In this document: piece after piece, positions 40,106 to 52,276 of the stretch
Layout of the letters: each line of letters starts with the position of its first letter
How positions within the stretch are numbered: position 1 is the stretch's first letter
Assembly (NCBI GenBank): GCA_038087875.1
Contig: CM075991.1
Location: forward strand, 10,480,001 to 10,544,000
Origin: Malacoraja senta
Lineage: Eukaryota
DNA: 64,000 nucleotides
Reading direction: 5' to 3'
Translations under genes and position numbers: made by a program
Notes under the pieces: generated by a model
Told to the model about the DNA's origin: nothing
Databases searched by the model: none
The model's input: the letters and a program-made list of their open reading frames with translations, nothing else

Positions 40106-40584
40106 TAAGGCAGCAACTCTACCGCTGCACCACTTAGGCTCTTTAGGACTAAGACAAGGAGAAATGTCTTCAGGAAGAGAGTGGGGAATCTTTGGAATTC
40201 TCTACTCGCAGAGGGCCGAGGAGAATCAGTCAATAGTTTTCAAGGCTTTGAGGTGAATTATAGGGGGATAATGCAGAGGAAATATTGCCGTGATCGCGAT
40301 GAACGGTGGAGCAGTCTCGAAGGTTCGAGTCTCTCCTCTGCTCTAAATTCTTCTACCCTGAGGGTTCTGATGTTCTTCATTCGAAGACCAACCCCCAGCA
40401 CACAGAGCGATGAACTTGCACGAATATGCTGGCGGAACTCAGCGGGCAGGGCGAGGGTCAAGATTGTAGAAACGTTACAATGAAATTGTTACTTGCAGCA
40501 TAACAAGCCGAGAACGCAGTACGTAGAGATAATATCATTTTATATTCGAATAATATATAATGGAGCCCAAATATGGTGCCTCTG

Positions 40585-40896
40585 GGGACGGCACGGTGGC
40601 GCAGCGGTAGAGTTGCTGCCTTACAGCGCTTGCAGCGCCAGAGATTTGGGTTCGATCCCGACTACGGGTGCTTGTCTGTACGGAGTTTGTACGTTCTCCC
40701 TGTGACCGCGTGGGTTTTCTCCGAGATCTTCAGTTTCCTCCCACATTCCAAAGACGTACAGGTTTGTAGGTTAATTGGCTTGGTGTAAGTGTAAATTGTC
40801 CCTAGTGTGTGTAGGGTAGTGTTAATGTGCGGGGATCGCTGGTCGGTGTGGGCCGAAGGGCTGTTTCCACGCTGTATGTCTAAACTAAACTAAACT
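40585..40896 (+). mobile_element. Near full-length V-SINE (HE1-like)
   Basis: A box tggcgcagcgg, B box ggttcgatcc, V-core, (taaac)n tail. Confidence 0.92.
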
Positions 40897-41155
40897 CATC
40901 CACACGGGATCAGTAAACAATTTCTGTGCAATCTGCTCTTCGGGGATGTGCTTAGGTACGGCAATACTCCACTGGAATTTTTGTAAGAAAAGAATTTCAC
41001 TCTGTGTGTGTGTTTCCACTTCGCACATGTGACAATAAACGCACCATTGAACCGATAATTAACAAATCAATAGATCAATAAATTAATAAAATGACAGTGC
41101 ACAAAGAACGAAGACAGTGTAACACAAGACAGCACATAATTCATCAGTTAGTCAC

Positions 41156-41695
41156 TAAATGCTGGAGTAAACTCAGTGGGTCAGGCAGCAACTCTGGAGA
41201 AAGGGAATAGGTGACGTTTCAGGTCGAGACACTTCAGTCTGAAGAAGGGTCTCGACCCGACACGTCACCTGTTCCTTCTCTCCAGAGATGCTGCCTGTCC
41301 CGCTGAGTTACTCCAGCATTTTGTGTCTATCTTCGGTTGAAACCAACATAGATACATAGATACATAGAAAATAGGTGCAGGAGTAGGCCATTCGGCCCTT
41401 CGAGCCTGCACCGCCATTCAATATGATCATGGCTGATCATCCAACTCAGTATCCCGTACCTGCCTTCTCTCTATACCCCCTGATCCCCTTAGCCACAAGG
41501 GCCACATCTAACTCCCTCTTAAATATAGCCAATGAACTGGCCTCAACTACCCTCTGTGGCAGAGAGTTCCAGAGATTCACCACTCTCTGTGTGAAAAAGT
41601 TTTTTCTCATCTCGATCTTAAAGGATTTCCCCCTTATCCTTAAGCTGTGACCCCTTGTCCTGGACTTCCCCAACATCGGGAACAATCTGCAGTTA
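41156..41695. mobile_element. Penelope-like fold-back (41156-41348) split near its end by a young CR1 3' fragment (41348-41685, -)
   Basis: Host aaaccaaca|..|tctgcagtt; insert carries a (tctatgta)n tail and LFPMLGKSRTRGHSLRIRG. Confidence 0.87.
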
Positions 41696-41903
41696 TTTCC
41701 GACACAGTTCATCCATTGGTGTTGGGTTCTGTTCAAGATGTCTGATGTTTTTTTGGGATGCGTGAAGGAGTGTTCTGGCCCGAAAAGTTAGCCATCAGTC
41801 AAAGCAGGGTCCCGACCCAAAACGCCATCTGTCCATTCGCTCCGACCTGCTGAGTTCCTCCAGCACCTTGTTATTTGTTCTCATGATTCCATCATCTGCA
41901 GTT

Positions 41904-42390
41904 TAGAAACGTAGAAACATAGAAAACAGGTGCAGGAGGAGGCCATTCGGCCCTTAGAGCCAGCACCGCCATTCATTGTGATCATGGCTGATTGTCCCCA
42001 ATCAATAACCCGTGCCTGCCTTCTCCCCATATCCCTTGACTCCACTAGCCCCTAGAGCTCTATCTAACTCTCTCTTAAATCCATCCAGTGACTTGGCCTC
42101 CACTGCCCTCTGTGGCAGGGAATTCCACAAATTCACAACTCTCTGGGTAAAACTTTTTTTTCTCACAGTCTTAAATGACCTCCCCTTTATTCTAAGACTG
42201 TGGCCCCTGGTTCTGGACTCGCCCCAACATTGGGAACATTTTTCCTGCATCTAGCTTGTCCAGTCCTTTTATAATTTTATATGTTTCTATAAGATCCCCC
42301 CCTCATCCTTCTAAACTCCAGTGAATACAAGCCTAGTCTTTTCAATCTTTCCTCATATGACAGTCCCGCAGGGATCAATCTCGTGAACCT
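41904..42390 (-). mobile_element. CR1 LINE 3' fragment
   Basis: ORF 42002-42250(-); same subfamily as 32337-32945. Confidence 0.92.
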
Positions 42391-42820
42391 TCTTGCTTTG
42401 CTTCTTCTGCTGGCTTTGAACGGAGGTGCTTAGCTTACAGCTAAGTTTGCAAGCTGGGTTGCCCAGTCACGTTCCTGACTTTCAAAATAGACTATCTTAC
42501 CACCGTGATCACGATGTCCCAGACCAATAAATAACCGTGTTAACTTTGGTTTCATGTCTTTCCAGTTCGATTAAAAATAACAAAACCACTTCCTCACCAT
42601 ATAGGTGGGGTGGTGTTTTAAAATAACGACTCAGTAGGGAGGTTGCATGGTGCAGTGATTTTGAACACCTCGGGCCCTGGGCATGTGCTGTGTGCCAGAA
42701 TTATATAGATTTTAAGGTCACAAAGATTAATTTCAAGATGGTGCCTAACCCAGGCGACTCTTTGCATGCTAGCTACAGTAGCAGATCCACAATCACATCT
42801 TACAATTGCTCCACGCTTTT

Positions 42821-43240
42821 AATAGACAATAGACAATAGGCACAGGAGTAGGCCATTCGGCCCTTCGGCCCTTCCAGCCAGCACCGCCATTCAATGTGAT
42901 CATGGCTGATCATCCCCAATCAGTACCCCGTTCCTGCCTTTTCCCCATATCCCTTGACTCCGCTATCTTTAAGAGCCCTATCTAGCTCTCTCTTGAAAGC
43001 TTCCAGAGAACCAGCCTCCACTGCCCTCTGAGGCAGAGAATTCCACAGACTCACCACTCTCTGTGAGAAAAAGTGTTTCCTCGTCTCCGTTCTAAATGGC
43101 TTACCCCTTATTCTTAAACTGTGGCCCCTGGTTCTGGACTCCCCCAACATCGGGAATATGTTTCCTGCCTCTAGCGTGTCCAAGCCTTAACGATCTTATA
43201 TGTTTCAATGAGATACCCTCTCATCCTTCTAAACTCCAGA
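42821..43240 (-). mobile_element. CR1 LINE 3' fragment with (TTGTCTA)n tail
   Basis: ORF 42920-43183(-) AGNIFPMLGESRTRGHSLRIRGKPFRTE..WNSLPQRAVEA. Confidence 0.92.
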
Positions 43241-43464
43241 TTGTAATCATGTATTGTCTTTCCGCTGACTGGTCACCATGCAACAAAAGCTTTTCACTGT
43301 ACCTCGGTCGCTAATCCTGACAATAAACTAAACTGAACTGCCTCTGATTTCAGAATTAATGGACTCCTGAATCTTTAATGAGAAAAAAAATGTTGAATGT
43401 TTCTTTAGACTTAGAATCAGGAGTTCATTGGATGTTTTCAAGAGAGAGTTGGATTTAGCTCTTA

Positions 43465-43648
43465 AGGGCCTGTCCCACTTTCACGACCTCTGCCGAGTTT
43501 GCCCTTGACTCATACTCGCAGCATGGTCATAGGAGGTGATAGGTAGGTCGTAGCAGGCCGTGATGGTAGTCGTAGGTACTCGTGGCATGATGAAAAATGT
43601 CCACGAGTAAAAAAAGGTCGTGAATTAGGTCGTGAAAGTGGGACAGGG
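43465..43648. mobile_element. MITE family A inserted at TTA in a CR1 fragment
   Basis: gctcTTA agggcctgtcccactttcacgacc..gtcgtgaaagtgggacag; host CR1 resumes ggctaaaggaatcaag. Confidence 0.85.
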
Positions 43649-44036
43649 CTAAAGGAATCAAGGGATATGGGGGGAAAAGCAGGAACGGGTTTACTGATTT
43701 TAGATGATCAGCCAGGATCATATTCTCCCCATATCCCCTGACTCCGCTATCTTTAAGAGCCCTATCCACCTCTCCCTTGAAAGTATCCAGAGAACCGGCC
43801 TCCACCGCCCTCTGAGGCAGAGAATTCCACACACAACTCACTGAATGGCGTACTCCTACACCTATTTTTCTATGTTTTCAATATCGGGAAGTGAACAGCA
43901 ACTGTGTAGGTTTTTGTCATGATGCCATCATACACCAATGATTTCCCAGCTGAGTGACTCTATGCCTCTCTGTGTCATTTTACCCAGACAGGATGAGCTC
44001 ATGGCTACTGGAAAAATGCCGAAGTATCATTTACGG

Positions 44037-44343
44037 CTCAGCGGTAGAGTTGCTGCCTTACTGAGCCAGAGACCCGGATTCCATCCCGACTACAGGTGCT
44101 GTCTGTACGGAGTTTGTACCTTCTCCCCGTGACCTGCGTGGGTTTTCACTGAGATCTTCGGTTTCCTCCCCACTCCAAAGACGTACAGGGTTGTAGGTTA
44201 ATTGGCTTGGTATAAAATCTAAATTGTCCCTAGTGTGTGTAGGATGGTGTTGGTGTGCATGGATTTCTGGGCGGGGCGGACTAGGTGGGCTGAAAGGTCT
44301 GTTTCCGCGCTGTATCTCAAAACTAAACGAAAGAAAACTAAAT
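44037..44343 (+). mobile_element. V-SINE (HE1-like)
   Basis: cagcggtagagttgctgcctta..ctgtacggagtttgtac..gctgtatctc. Confidence 0.87.
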
Positions 44344-44402
44344 CATTCAACCACACCAACCCCCCTCCCCCCCTCCCACTTTCCACTAGTGACAGAGTCT
44401 AA

Positions 44403-44609
44403 AGGGCCTGTGCCACTTGGGCGTCATTTGCTCGCCATTTACGCGACATCATTTACGCGTCACGACGCACGCATGGTGCGCATTACGCATGCGTGGTGAC
44501 GTAGGCAGTGAAGCGCGGACACGGGCGGCGCCCCAGGATTTTGGCACGTACGAAATCTTTGCGCGCCAACTACGTGACGTGCAAATGACGCCCAAGTGGG
44601 ACAGGCTCT
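44403..44609. mobile_element. PIF/Harbinger-like MITE family D inserted at TAA in a CR1 fragment
   Basis: TIRs agggcctgtgccacttgggcgtcatttgc / gcaaatgacgcccaagtgggacaggctct; TAA duplicated (44400-44402, 44610-44612). Confidence 0.9.
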
Positions 44610-45029
44610 TAAGACTAGAGGGCACAGTCTCAGAATAAAAGGATGTACCTTTAGAAAGGAGATGGGGAGGAATTTCTTTAGTCAGAGGGTGGTGAAACTG
44701 TGGAAAAAAAGAAAAAAGGAGGACCTGGCGCGGGATACTTTGTATCTTTGTTGGCGGCCTTTAGGTGGCCACTGTTTGCATACCTTGGGTATGAAAACAC
44801 AGAATTTCACTGTGACTTCTCAGGTGACAATAAAAAATTCATTCACTTTGTGTCTATCTTTGGGGGAAAAACTGCATCTGCAGTTCCTGGTAACTGCACA
44901 GATTATATAGAGGCCAATATCACAACAGCTGGAATTGTCCACTGGCTAGACAGCATCTGCGGAGAGAGGTGCCGTTGCATTGTGGCGATCACTGACTCCA
45001 TTGAGTCTGCAGCACTGGAACAGCAGCCG

Positions 45030-45322
45030 GTCCCCATGTTGGGGGGAGTCCAGAACCAGGGGCCACGGTTTAAGAATAAGGAGTAAGCCATTTAGAATGG
45101 AGATGAGGAAACACCTTTTCACACAGAGAGTGGTGAGTCTGTGGAGGCCGGTTCTCCTGGATGCTTTCAAGAGAGAGCTAGATAGGGCTCTTAAAGATAG
45201 CGGAGTCAGGGGATATGGGGAGAAGGCAGGAACGGGGTACTGATTGGGGATGATCAGCCATGATCACATTGAATGGCGGTGCTGGCTGGAAGGGCCGAAT
45301 GGCCTACTCCTGCACCTATTGT
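45030..45322 (+). mobile_element. CR1 LINE 3' fragment
   Basis: GESRTRGHGLRIRSKPFRMEMRKHLFTQRVVSLW..KAGTGY*. Confidence 0.9.
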
Positions 45323-45416
45323 CAGTACTGAAAAGCCTCGGACAGCGGTCCAACATGCGCCCATTCTGAAGAGGCTTCAATGCTAACCTATCTCCCAATA
45401 GTTGTTTAATTAACAC

Positions 45417-45710
45417 GTTTAGCTCAGAGATACAGCGCGGAAACCTCCCTTCGGCCCACCGAGTCCGCGCCGACCAGCGATCCCCGCACATTGACACTAT
45501 CCTACGCAGACTAGGGACAATTTACATTTATACCAAACCCAATAAACCTACAAACCTGTACACCTTTGGAGCGTGGGAGGAAAACCAAAGACCCAGGCAG
45601 GTCACGGGGAGAACATATAAAAACCCGTACTGACAGCCCGTGGTCAGGATCGAACCCGGGTCTCTGACGCTGTAAGGCAGTAACTCTACCGCTACGCCCC
45701 CGTGCCGCCC
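45417..45710 (-). mobile_element. V-SINE (HE1-like)
   Basis: gagatacagcgcggaaac..ggatcgaacccgggtctctgacgctgtaaggcag..cgtgccgccc. Confidence 0.88.
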
Positions 45711-45716
45711 AAAATG

Positions 45717-46083
45717 TCAAGTCAAGTCAAGAGAGTTTATTGTCATGTGTCCCTGATAGGACAATGAAATTCTTGCTTTGCTTCAGCACACAGAACATAG
45801 TAGGCATTGACTACAAAACAGATCAGTGTGTCCATATACCATTATATACGTAAATACACACATGAATAAATAAACTGATAAAGTGCAAATAACAGATAAT
45901 GGGCTATTAATGTTTAGAGATTTGTCTGAGCCAAGTTTAATAGCCTGATGGCCGTGGGGAAGTAGCTATTCCTGAACCTGGTCGTTGCAGTCTTCAGGCT
46001 CCTGTACCTTCTACCTGAAGATGGCAGGGAGATGAGTGAGTGGCCAGGATGGTGTGGGTCCTTGATGATACTCCCAGCATTTT
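45717..46083 (-). mobile_element. Rex1/Babar-like LINE 3' end
   Basis: ORF 45914-46180(-) AGSIIKDPHHPGHSLISLPSSGRRYRSLKTATTRFRNSYFPTAIRLLN; (cttga)n tail; matches 24990-25250. Confidence 0.8.
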
Positions 46084-46954
46084 GGTACGTGTGCACCAAA
46101 GTACAGTGAGATTCTTTGTTTGCATAAAGATCAGTGCGATTATTGCCGTCAGTGTGATTATTGCCGTGCGTAAGTACCATCCCCGGTACCGTACATAAGG
46201 ATTAGAAACAGCTCACTGAGTCTGCAGGCAAGAGATGTCAGGTTTTGGTGTCATTTCACAGTCCCAGCTGCAGCCGGCCATCAAGTCCCGTGGTTGCCAA
46301 CATCTACCTTCCTTTGTGGCCCGGGGGCCCCTCCCGCAGCCGACATTGACGGCGCGGAAGATAAGACCCCCACTCGGTTCTCCTTACCGACCCTTTTCCA
46401 TCTACCGCCACCGTCATGGCTCCCTGCGCCTCCTCTCCAGTTCCCGGTCAGCAGCAGCCAGGCTCGATGGCTTCCCCCTCCTGGTTCCAGTTCTCCAGCC
46501 TCTTCTACTCAACCCAGTGTCTGAAAGCAATGTAATGTCACAGCCCTGATAATTCTCCTCTGCTGCAATCAGCCCCTACATCTCCTGTTATCACGTGTTT
46601 AAAGGTCAACTCGGAATCTTTTCTGGCACTTGATCTCAATGTTTCACTTCTATTATTCAGTGACCTTTTGCTCCCTTGTATCGATAGATCACCAAAAGGC
46701 AGCATTCGGGGTGAAGTTTAGTTAGGTTTGTAGATGCAGCGCAGAAACAGGCCCTTCGGCCCATCAAGTCTATTGTCTATTCTGATTGGGGATGATCAGT
46801 CATGATCACATTGAATGGCGGTGCTGGCTCGAAGGGCCGAATGGCCTGCTCCTGCACCTATTTTCTATTGTCCAAGTCATAAATTCATAAGTGACAGGAG
46901 CAGAATTAGGCCATTCAGCCCACCAAGTCTACTCTCCCATTCAATCATGACGGA

Positions 46955-47262
46955 GGGCGTCACGGTGGCGCAGCGGTAGAGTTTCCGCCTTACAGCGCCA
47001 GAGACCCGGGTTCGATCCTGACTACGGGTGCTGTCTGTACGGAGTTTGTACGTTCTCCCCGTGACCGCATGGGTTTTCTCCGAGATCTTCGGTTTCCTCC
47101 CACACTCCAAAGATGGACAGGTTTGAGGGTTAATTGGCTTGGTATAAGTGTAAATTGTCCCTAGTGTGTGTAGGATTGTGTTAGTGTGCGGGGATCGCTG
47201 GTTGGCGTGGACTCGGTGGGCTGAATGGCCGGTTTCCGCACTGTATCTCTAAACTAAACTAA
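46955..47262 (+). mobile_element. Full-length V-SINE (HE1-like), inserted in a CR1 3' fragment
   Basis: A box 46966-46976, B box 47009-47018, V-core, LINE-like tail ending ctctaaactaaactaa. Confidence 0.93.
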
Positions 47263-47879
47263 TCCAAATCTATCTTTCCCTCTCAACCCCATTCCCCTGC
47301 CTTCTCCCCATGAACCCTGGCAGTAGTACTTGTTCAAGTGCCGACCAGCGATCCCAGCACACTAGCACTAGCCAACACACTGGGGTCAATTTTACCAAAG
47401 CCAATTAACCTACAAACACCTGTATGTTTTTGGAGTGCGGTAGAAAGCCAGAGCACCCGGAAAAACCCCACGCAGGTCACGGGGAGAACTTTACAATCTC
47501 TACAGGCAAGCACCCGTGGTCAGAATCGAACCGGGGTCTCTGGCGCTGTCAGGCAGCAACTCTACCGCTGTGCAACCGTGCCACACCGTCAGTGAGGACT
47601 GTCCCTTTAAGTTTCTCCAGGATGGGCTGCCTTTTTCCGCTGCGATCTAGTGTTGTGGCCAGGCCCCTTGTTGGTCATGCTTCAGTGTTGCAGCTGCAAT
47701 GTGAAATGGATTTAGCATGCGGATTGGCGTGGCTGTTGCACGCTCAGAGCCATGCAGCTGTGCAGCACAAGCACCCATTGTGGGTACCTGCTGCAGGAGT
47801 TGCCAATCGACCTCTCACCCCCATTTTCCTGCCTTCTCCCCCGTAGAATCGGACACTCTTACTCATCAAGATCCTGTCG

Positions 47880-48085
47880 ACGCTGGAGTAACTCAGCGGG
47901 ACAGGCAGCACCTCTGGAGAGAAGGAATCGGTGACGTTTTGGGTCGAGACTTGAGTGAAGAAGGTTCTCGACCCAAAACGTCACCCGTTCCTTCTCTCCA
48001 GAGATGCTGCCTGTCCCGCTGAGTTACTCCAGCGTTTTGTGTCTATCTTCAGTGTAAACCAGCATCTGCAGTTCCTTCCTACACA
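47880..48085. mobile_element. Penelope-like family A fold-back unit
   Basis: Inverted arms centred near 47952. Confidence 0.82.
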
Positions 48086-48287
48086 CAAACCTGTCTGTTG
48101 CAATTCCTACCTATGGTCCGAACCAACTTAGATTTCAATCAGAGAAGACATGTATTTATGCACCATGCTAGACACACACACACACACACACACTGGCCTT
48201 TGTATGTTAGTGTCCCAGCAGGTGACCTGCTGATCCACCTGTTAAAAGGTTGCGGTTTTGCACAACAAGGCACAGGTGAGACCACGT

Positions 48288-48883
48288 CGAGTCATGGAGT
48301 CAAACATTGGCTGAGATGGGGCCCTTCAGCCCAACTGGTCCATGCCGACCAAAATGCCCCATCCAAGCCAACCCAATTTGCCCACGATTGGCCCATATCG
48401 CTCTCAACCTTTCCTATCCATCCACCTGCCTAAAGGTCCCTGCCTCAACAACCTCCTCTGGCAGCTCCTTCTACACACCCACCACCCTCTGTGTGTAAAT
48501 GTTGCCCCTAAGGTTCCCATTAAATCTTCCCCCCCCCCCCCCCCCTCATATCTTAAACCTTTAAACCCATGTCCTCTGGTTCTTGATTCCCTACTCTGAG
48601 TATAACCATATAACCATATAACAATTACAGCACGGAAACAGGCCATCTCGGCCCTTCTAGTCCGTGCTGAACACTTACTCTCACCTAGTCCCATCTACCT
48701 GCACTCAGACCATAACCCTCCATTCCTTTCCCGTCCATATACCTATTCAATTTATTTTTAAATGATAAAATCGAACCTGCCTCCACCACTTCCACTGGAA
48801 TCTCATTCCACACAGCCACCACTCTCTGAGTAAAGAAGTTCCCCCTCTTGTTACCCCTAAACTTCTGTCCCTTAATTCTCAAA
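48288..48883 (-). mobile_element. Two CR1 3' fragments (48288-48598; 48601-48883 with a (GGTTATAT)n tail)
   Basis: ORF 48685-48945(-) LRIKGQKFRGNKRGNFFTQRVVAVWNEIPVEVVEAG. Confidence 0.87.
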
Positions 48884-49055
48884 TCTGGTCTTTTGAGGAA
48901 GAGAGATCCACACTCACCATCCTCTACTGAGGGAATTAACTTCACCTCATCTGTCTAAATTGGGTGACTCTTTCTTTTCAAACAGGGACCCCTAGTTCTA
49001 GATCCTCCAACAAGGAGACATAGCCTCTCCAGATCCAGACAGTCAAGACTCCTTA

Positions 49056-49383
49056 AAGCCCTGTCCCACTGTCCGAGTTCATTCCAAGAGTTCTCGAGTT
49101 TGTCCTGATTCGAACACGGAGATTTACGGTAATGGCCGCTCGTCGGTACTCGGGGCTCTCGTGGACATTTTTCAACACGTTGAAAAATCTTCACGAGTCT
49201 TCCCGAGCTTACCTGCCATTAGCGAGCCTTCCCGAGTACCTGCCGTTAGCGTTACGAGCCGCTAAGAGACGTCCCCGAGCTCCGACGTACCCACTACATC
49301 CATTCTCCGTGCTTACCATGAGTTTGATTTTTTTTAAACTCGGGAGAGCTCTTGGAATGAACTCGTACAGTGGGACAGGGCCA
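49056..49383. mobile_element. PIF/Harbinger-like MITE family E
   Basis: TIRs aagccctgtcccactgt.cgagttcattccaagag / ctcttggaatgaactcgtacagtgggacagggc; matches 61906-62235. Confidence 0.88.
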
Positions 49384-49799
49384 TTTTAGTGTATTCATGT
49401 CTCACTCTTGGGTCTGTACGCAATTGGTGCCAACCTTGCCCGTCCAACCTTCCCCCCCCCATCCCCAGGACAACCCTCTCATTCCAGGTATAAGTTGAGT
49501 AAACTTTACAGAGTTTACAGAGCATTGAAGTCAATCCTTAAATAAGGAGAATATCTCACACGAGAGATGTGAATGCATGGAGTCTTTGACCCATTGTAGG
49601 GAGATCTCGAGGGAAGCTTGAGGGGCAACATCTTCACACAGAAGGTGGGGTTAGATGTAACCAGTTGCCAGAGGCAATAGTTGAGGCAGGTAAGACAGCA
49701 ACATAAAAAAATTCAGACAATTCTCGAAGAGTTATTTTCCTCAGCTAATGTGGATTTTGCCAGGATTCGAAGACATGAGCTACAGGGAATGTTTGGGCA

Positions 49800-50660
49800 A
49801 ACTATAGCAGAAGGTTGAGAGGTGATCTTCTGGAGGTGTATAAAGTCATGAGGGAAATAGATTGGGTGAGTGCATGGAGTCTGTTTCCCAGGGAGGGGAA
49901 TCAAGAGTAGGAAGGAACATGCGTACAAAATCATGAGAGGAATAGATCGGGTAGATGCACAGAGTCTCTTGCCCAGAGTAGGGGAATCGAGGACCAGAGG
50001 ACATAGGTTCAAGGTGAAGGGGAAAAGATTTAATAGGGATCTGAGGGGTAACTTTTTCACACAGTGGGTGGTGGGTGTATGGAACAAGCTGCCAGAGGAG
50101 GTAGTTGAGGCTGGGACTATCCCATTGTTTGAGAAGCAGTTGGACAGGTACATGGATAGGGCAGGTTTGGAGGGATATGGACCAAGCACAGGCAAGTGAG
50201 ACTAGGGTAGCTGGGACATTGTGGGCTGGTATGGGCGAGTTGGGCCGAAGGGCCTGTTTCCACACTGGATTTATCTGTGACTCAACTGCAGATGTTGGTT
50301 TAAACCGAAGATAGACACAAAAAGCTGGAGTAACTCAGCGGGACGGGCAGCACCTCTGGAGAAAAGGAATAGGTGACATTTTGGGTCGAGACCCATCGTC
50401 AGACATCGTCGGCCCAAAACGTCACCTATTCGTTTTTTCAAGCGATGCTGCCGGACCCGCTGAGTTACTCCAGCTTTTTGTACCTATCTAGGGGAATCAA
50501 GAAGTAGGTGAGGGAGGTTGCTGAGGCAGGAACTATCGCAACACGCACAAAACATTTACACAGTTACATGGATAGGATAGGTTTAGTGTAATATGGGCCA
50601 AATGCAGGCACGTGGGACTAGTGTAGATGGGCCATGCTAGTCAGCATGGGCAAGTGGGGC
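49800..50660 (+). mobile_element. Nested CR1 fragments with a Penelope-like fold-back at ~50285-50490
   Basis: ORF 49870-50199 YKIMRGIDRVDAQSLLPRVGESRTRGHRFKVKG..WNKLPEEVVEAG. Confidence 0.85.
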
Positions 50661-52073
50661 CGAAGGGCCTGTTTCTTCGCTGAATGACTCCATGACAGTA
50701 GAAAATCAGAACTTAATAATATTTTTAAAGGTAGGATTAGATAAGCAAAGGTGAAAGGTTACCAGAGTTAGAAAAGTTGAGGTTACAAATAGCCTAGCTA
50801 TGATTGAGTAGATTTGGGGAACTCAGTCCTGAGGAATTATGCCTGGTCCTATTTCACTGAGTTCACTGTATCTCGGTACAAGTGACAAGCGGTGTATTTT
50901 GCAGGAATAGTGTATCAGAATGCCAGAGGATGGTGAATCTGTGGAATTCTTTGCCACAGATGGCTGCGGAGGGCAGGACATTGGGTATTTTTAAAGCGGA
51001 GATTAATAGGTTCTTGATCAGTAGGGGTAGCAAAGGTGCAGGAAGGAACTGCAGATGCTGGTTTGAACCGAAGATAGACACGAAAAGTTGGAAAAAAAAT
51101 CAAAGGGCTGGTTATCAAAGGTTTTGGGGAGAAAGGCAGGAAAATGGGGTCGAGAGGGAAAAATAGATCAGCCATGATGGAATAGTGGAGCACACTTCAT
51201 GGGCCGAATGGCCTAATTGTACTCCTATGTCTCATGGCCTTAAATGGCTGGGGTAAATGGCTTTGGAAAGTTGCCTCACATTTCCCCCCCGATGGTTTGT
51301 GAGGGCTCTGCTCCACGTTGCCCGATGTCACACACGTCGGGCCGGTGCGGTAGCTGGAAGGTGTGGCGTTTATAATAAACATTGCGGCTTACGGCTCGAT
51401 GTCGGGTGGGGTCGGAAACGTTGCTGCTCCTGATTGTAAATGATGAGTGGAGACGCTGAGCTGTGAGTGTCTCTGCGTGCGCTCGGTCACACACACACAC
51501 ACACTGTGCGCGTGGAGAGCAGTCTCCGCCTCGAGGCGGGGAAGTCCCCTTCTTCCTCTCCGCGACACCCGTGGCTAGGCTGAGTCGGGGGGGGGGGGGG
51601 AGGAAATGTTGACGATGACACAGCCCATACTGGTGCCACATAGCGATGGTTAGGACCTTATCCAGTCCAATCCAAAGGCACTCGAGTGCATTTGGAATGC
51701 CGCTGCTCTGCGCGCTTACATCTAAGCACAATCACCACAAGAGGAAGAGAACCCCTTTACCTCATCTGACGTTTTTGGGGGGGAGGGGGTGGGGGGGGGG
51801 CACTTGTGGTGATGTAATATCCAGCTGAGCACACCGTTTACTGTAACAAGGACCAGAGTCAGAAATTTGTGAATCACAGGTCTTAAAGGAACAGTAAGAT
51901 GACGGTCGATGTTGGAAAATAAAATCTGCTGCACGTTTGAATATAAAGTAGATCAAATATTCTGGCATTCGATGCATCAGAGAGATATCACCACTTCCTT
52001 CTTCATCTCCGCTGGCCTCGTGAGAACCAATCTTTTTTTTTAATGAGAAGCGATTGGCACCTTAACTTTTCAG

Positions 52074-52194
52074 CAGGACATTTAGCAGGTGTCAGTTGTC
52101 GGTGAATCTTTCTTTTCGTGAGAGAGGGAGCCTCATGTATCGGAGGGATTTTCAAGCACAGCAACCTTTCCATCCCTTTCTCTCATGTCTGTGG
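52074..52194 (+). other. Candidate internal exon (118 or 121 nt, tandem CAGCAG acceptor), probably 5' UTR
   Basis: ccttaacttttcag|cag acceptor; TGG|GTAAGT consensus donor at 52195; lies in unique sequence. Confidence 0.5.
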
Positions 52195-52276
52195 GTAAGT
52201 ACTTCACTCTGTGAATAATGCATGTTATCTTAGCCACAGAATGTTTGTACTAACGGCACCAGGTTGTAACGTGATT

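Noticed and set aside
46955..47030. tRNA gene (A and B boxes)
   Set aside because: It is the tRNA-derived head of a SINE, continuing into V-core and LINE-like tail, with many decayed copies in the window
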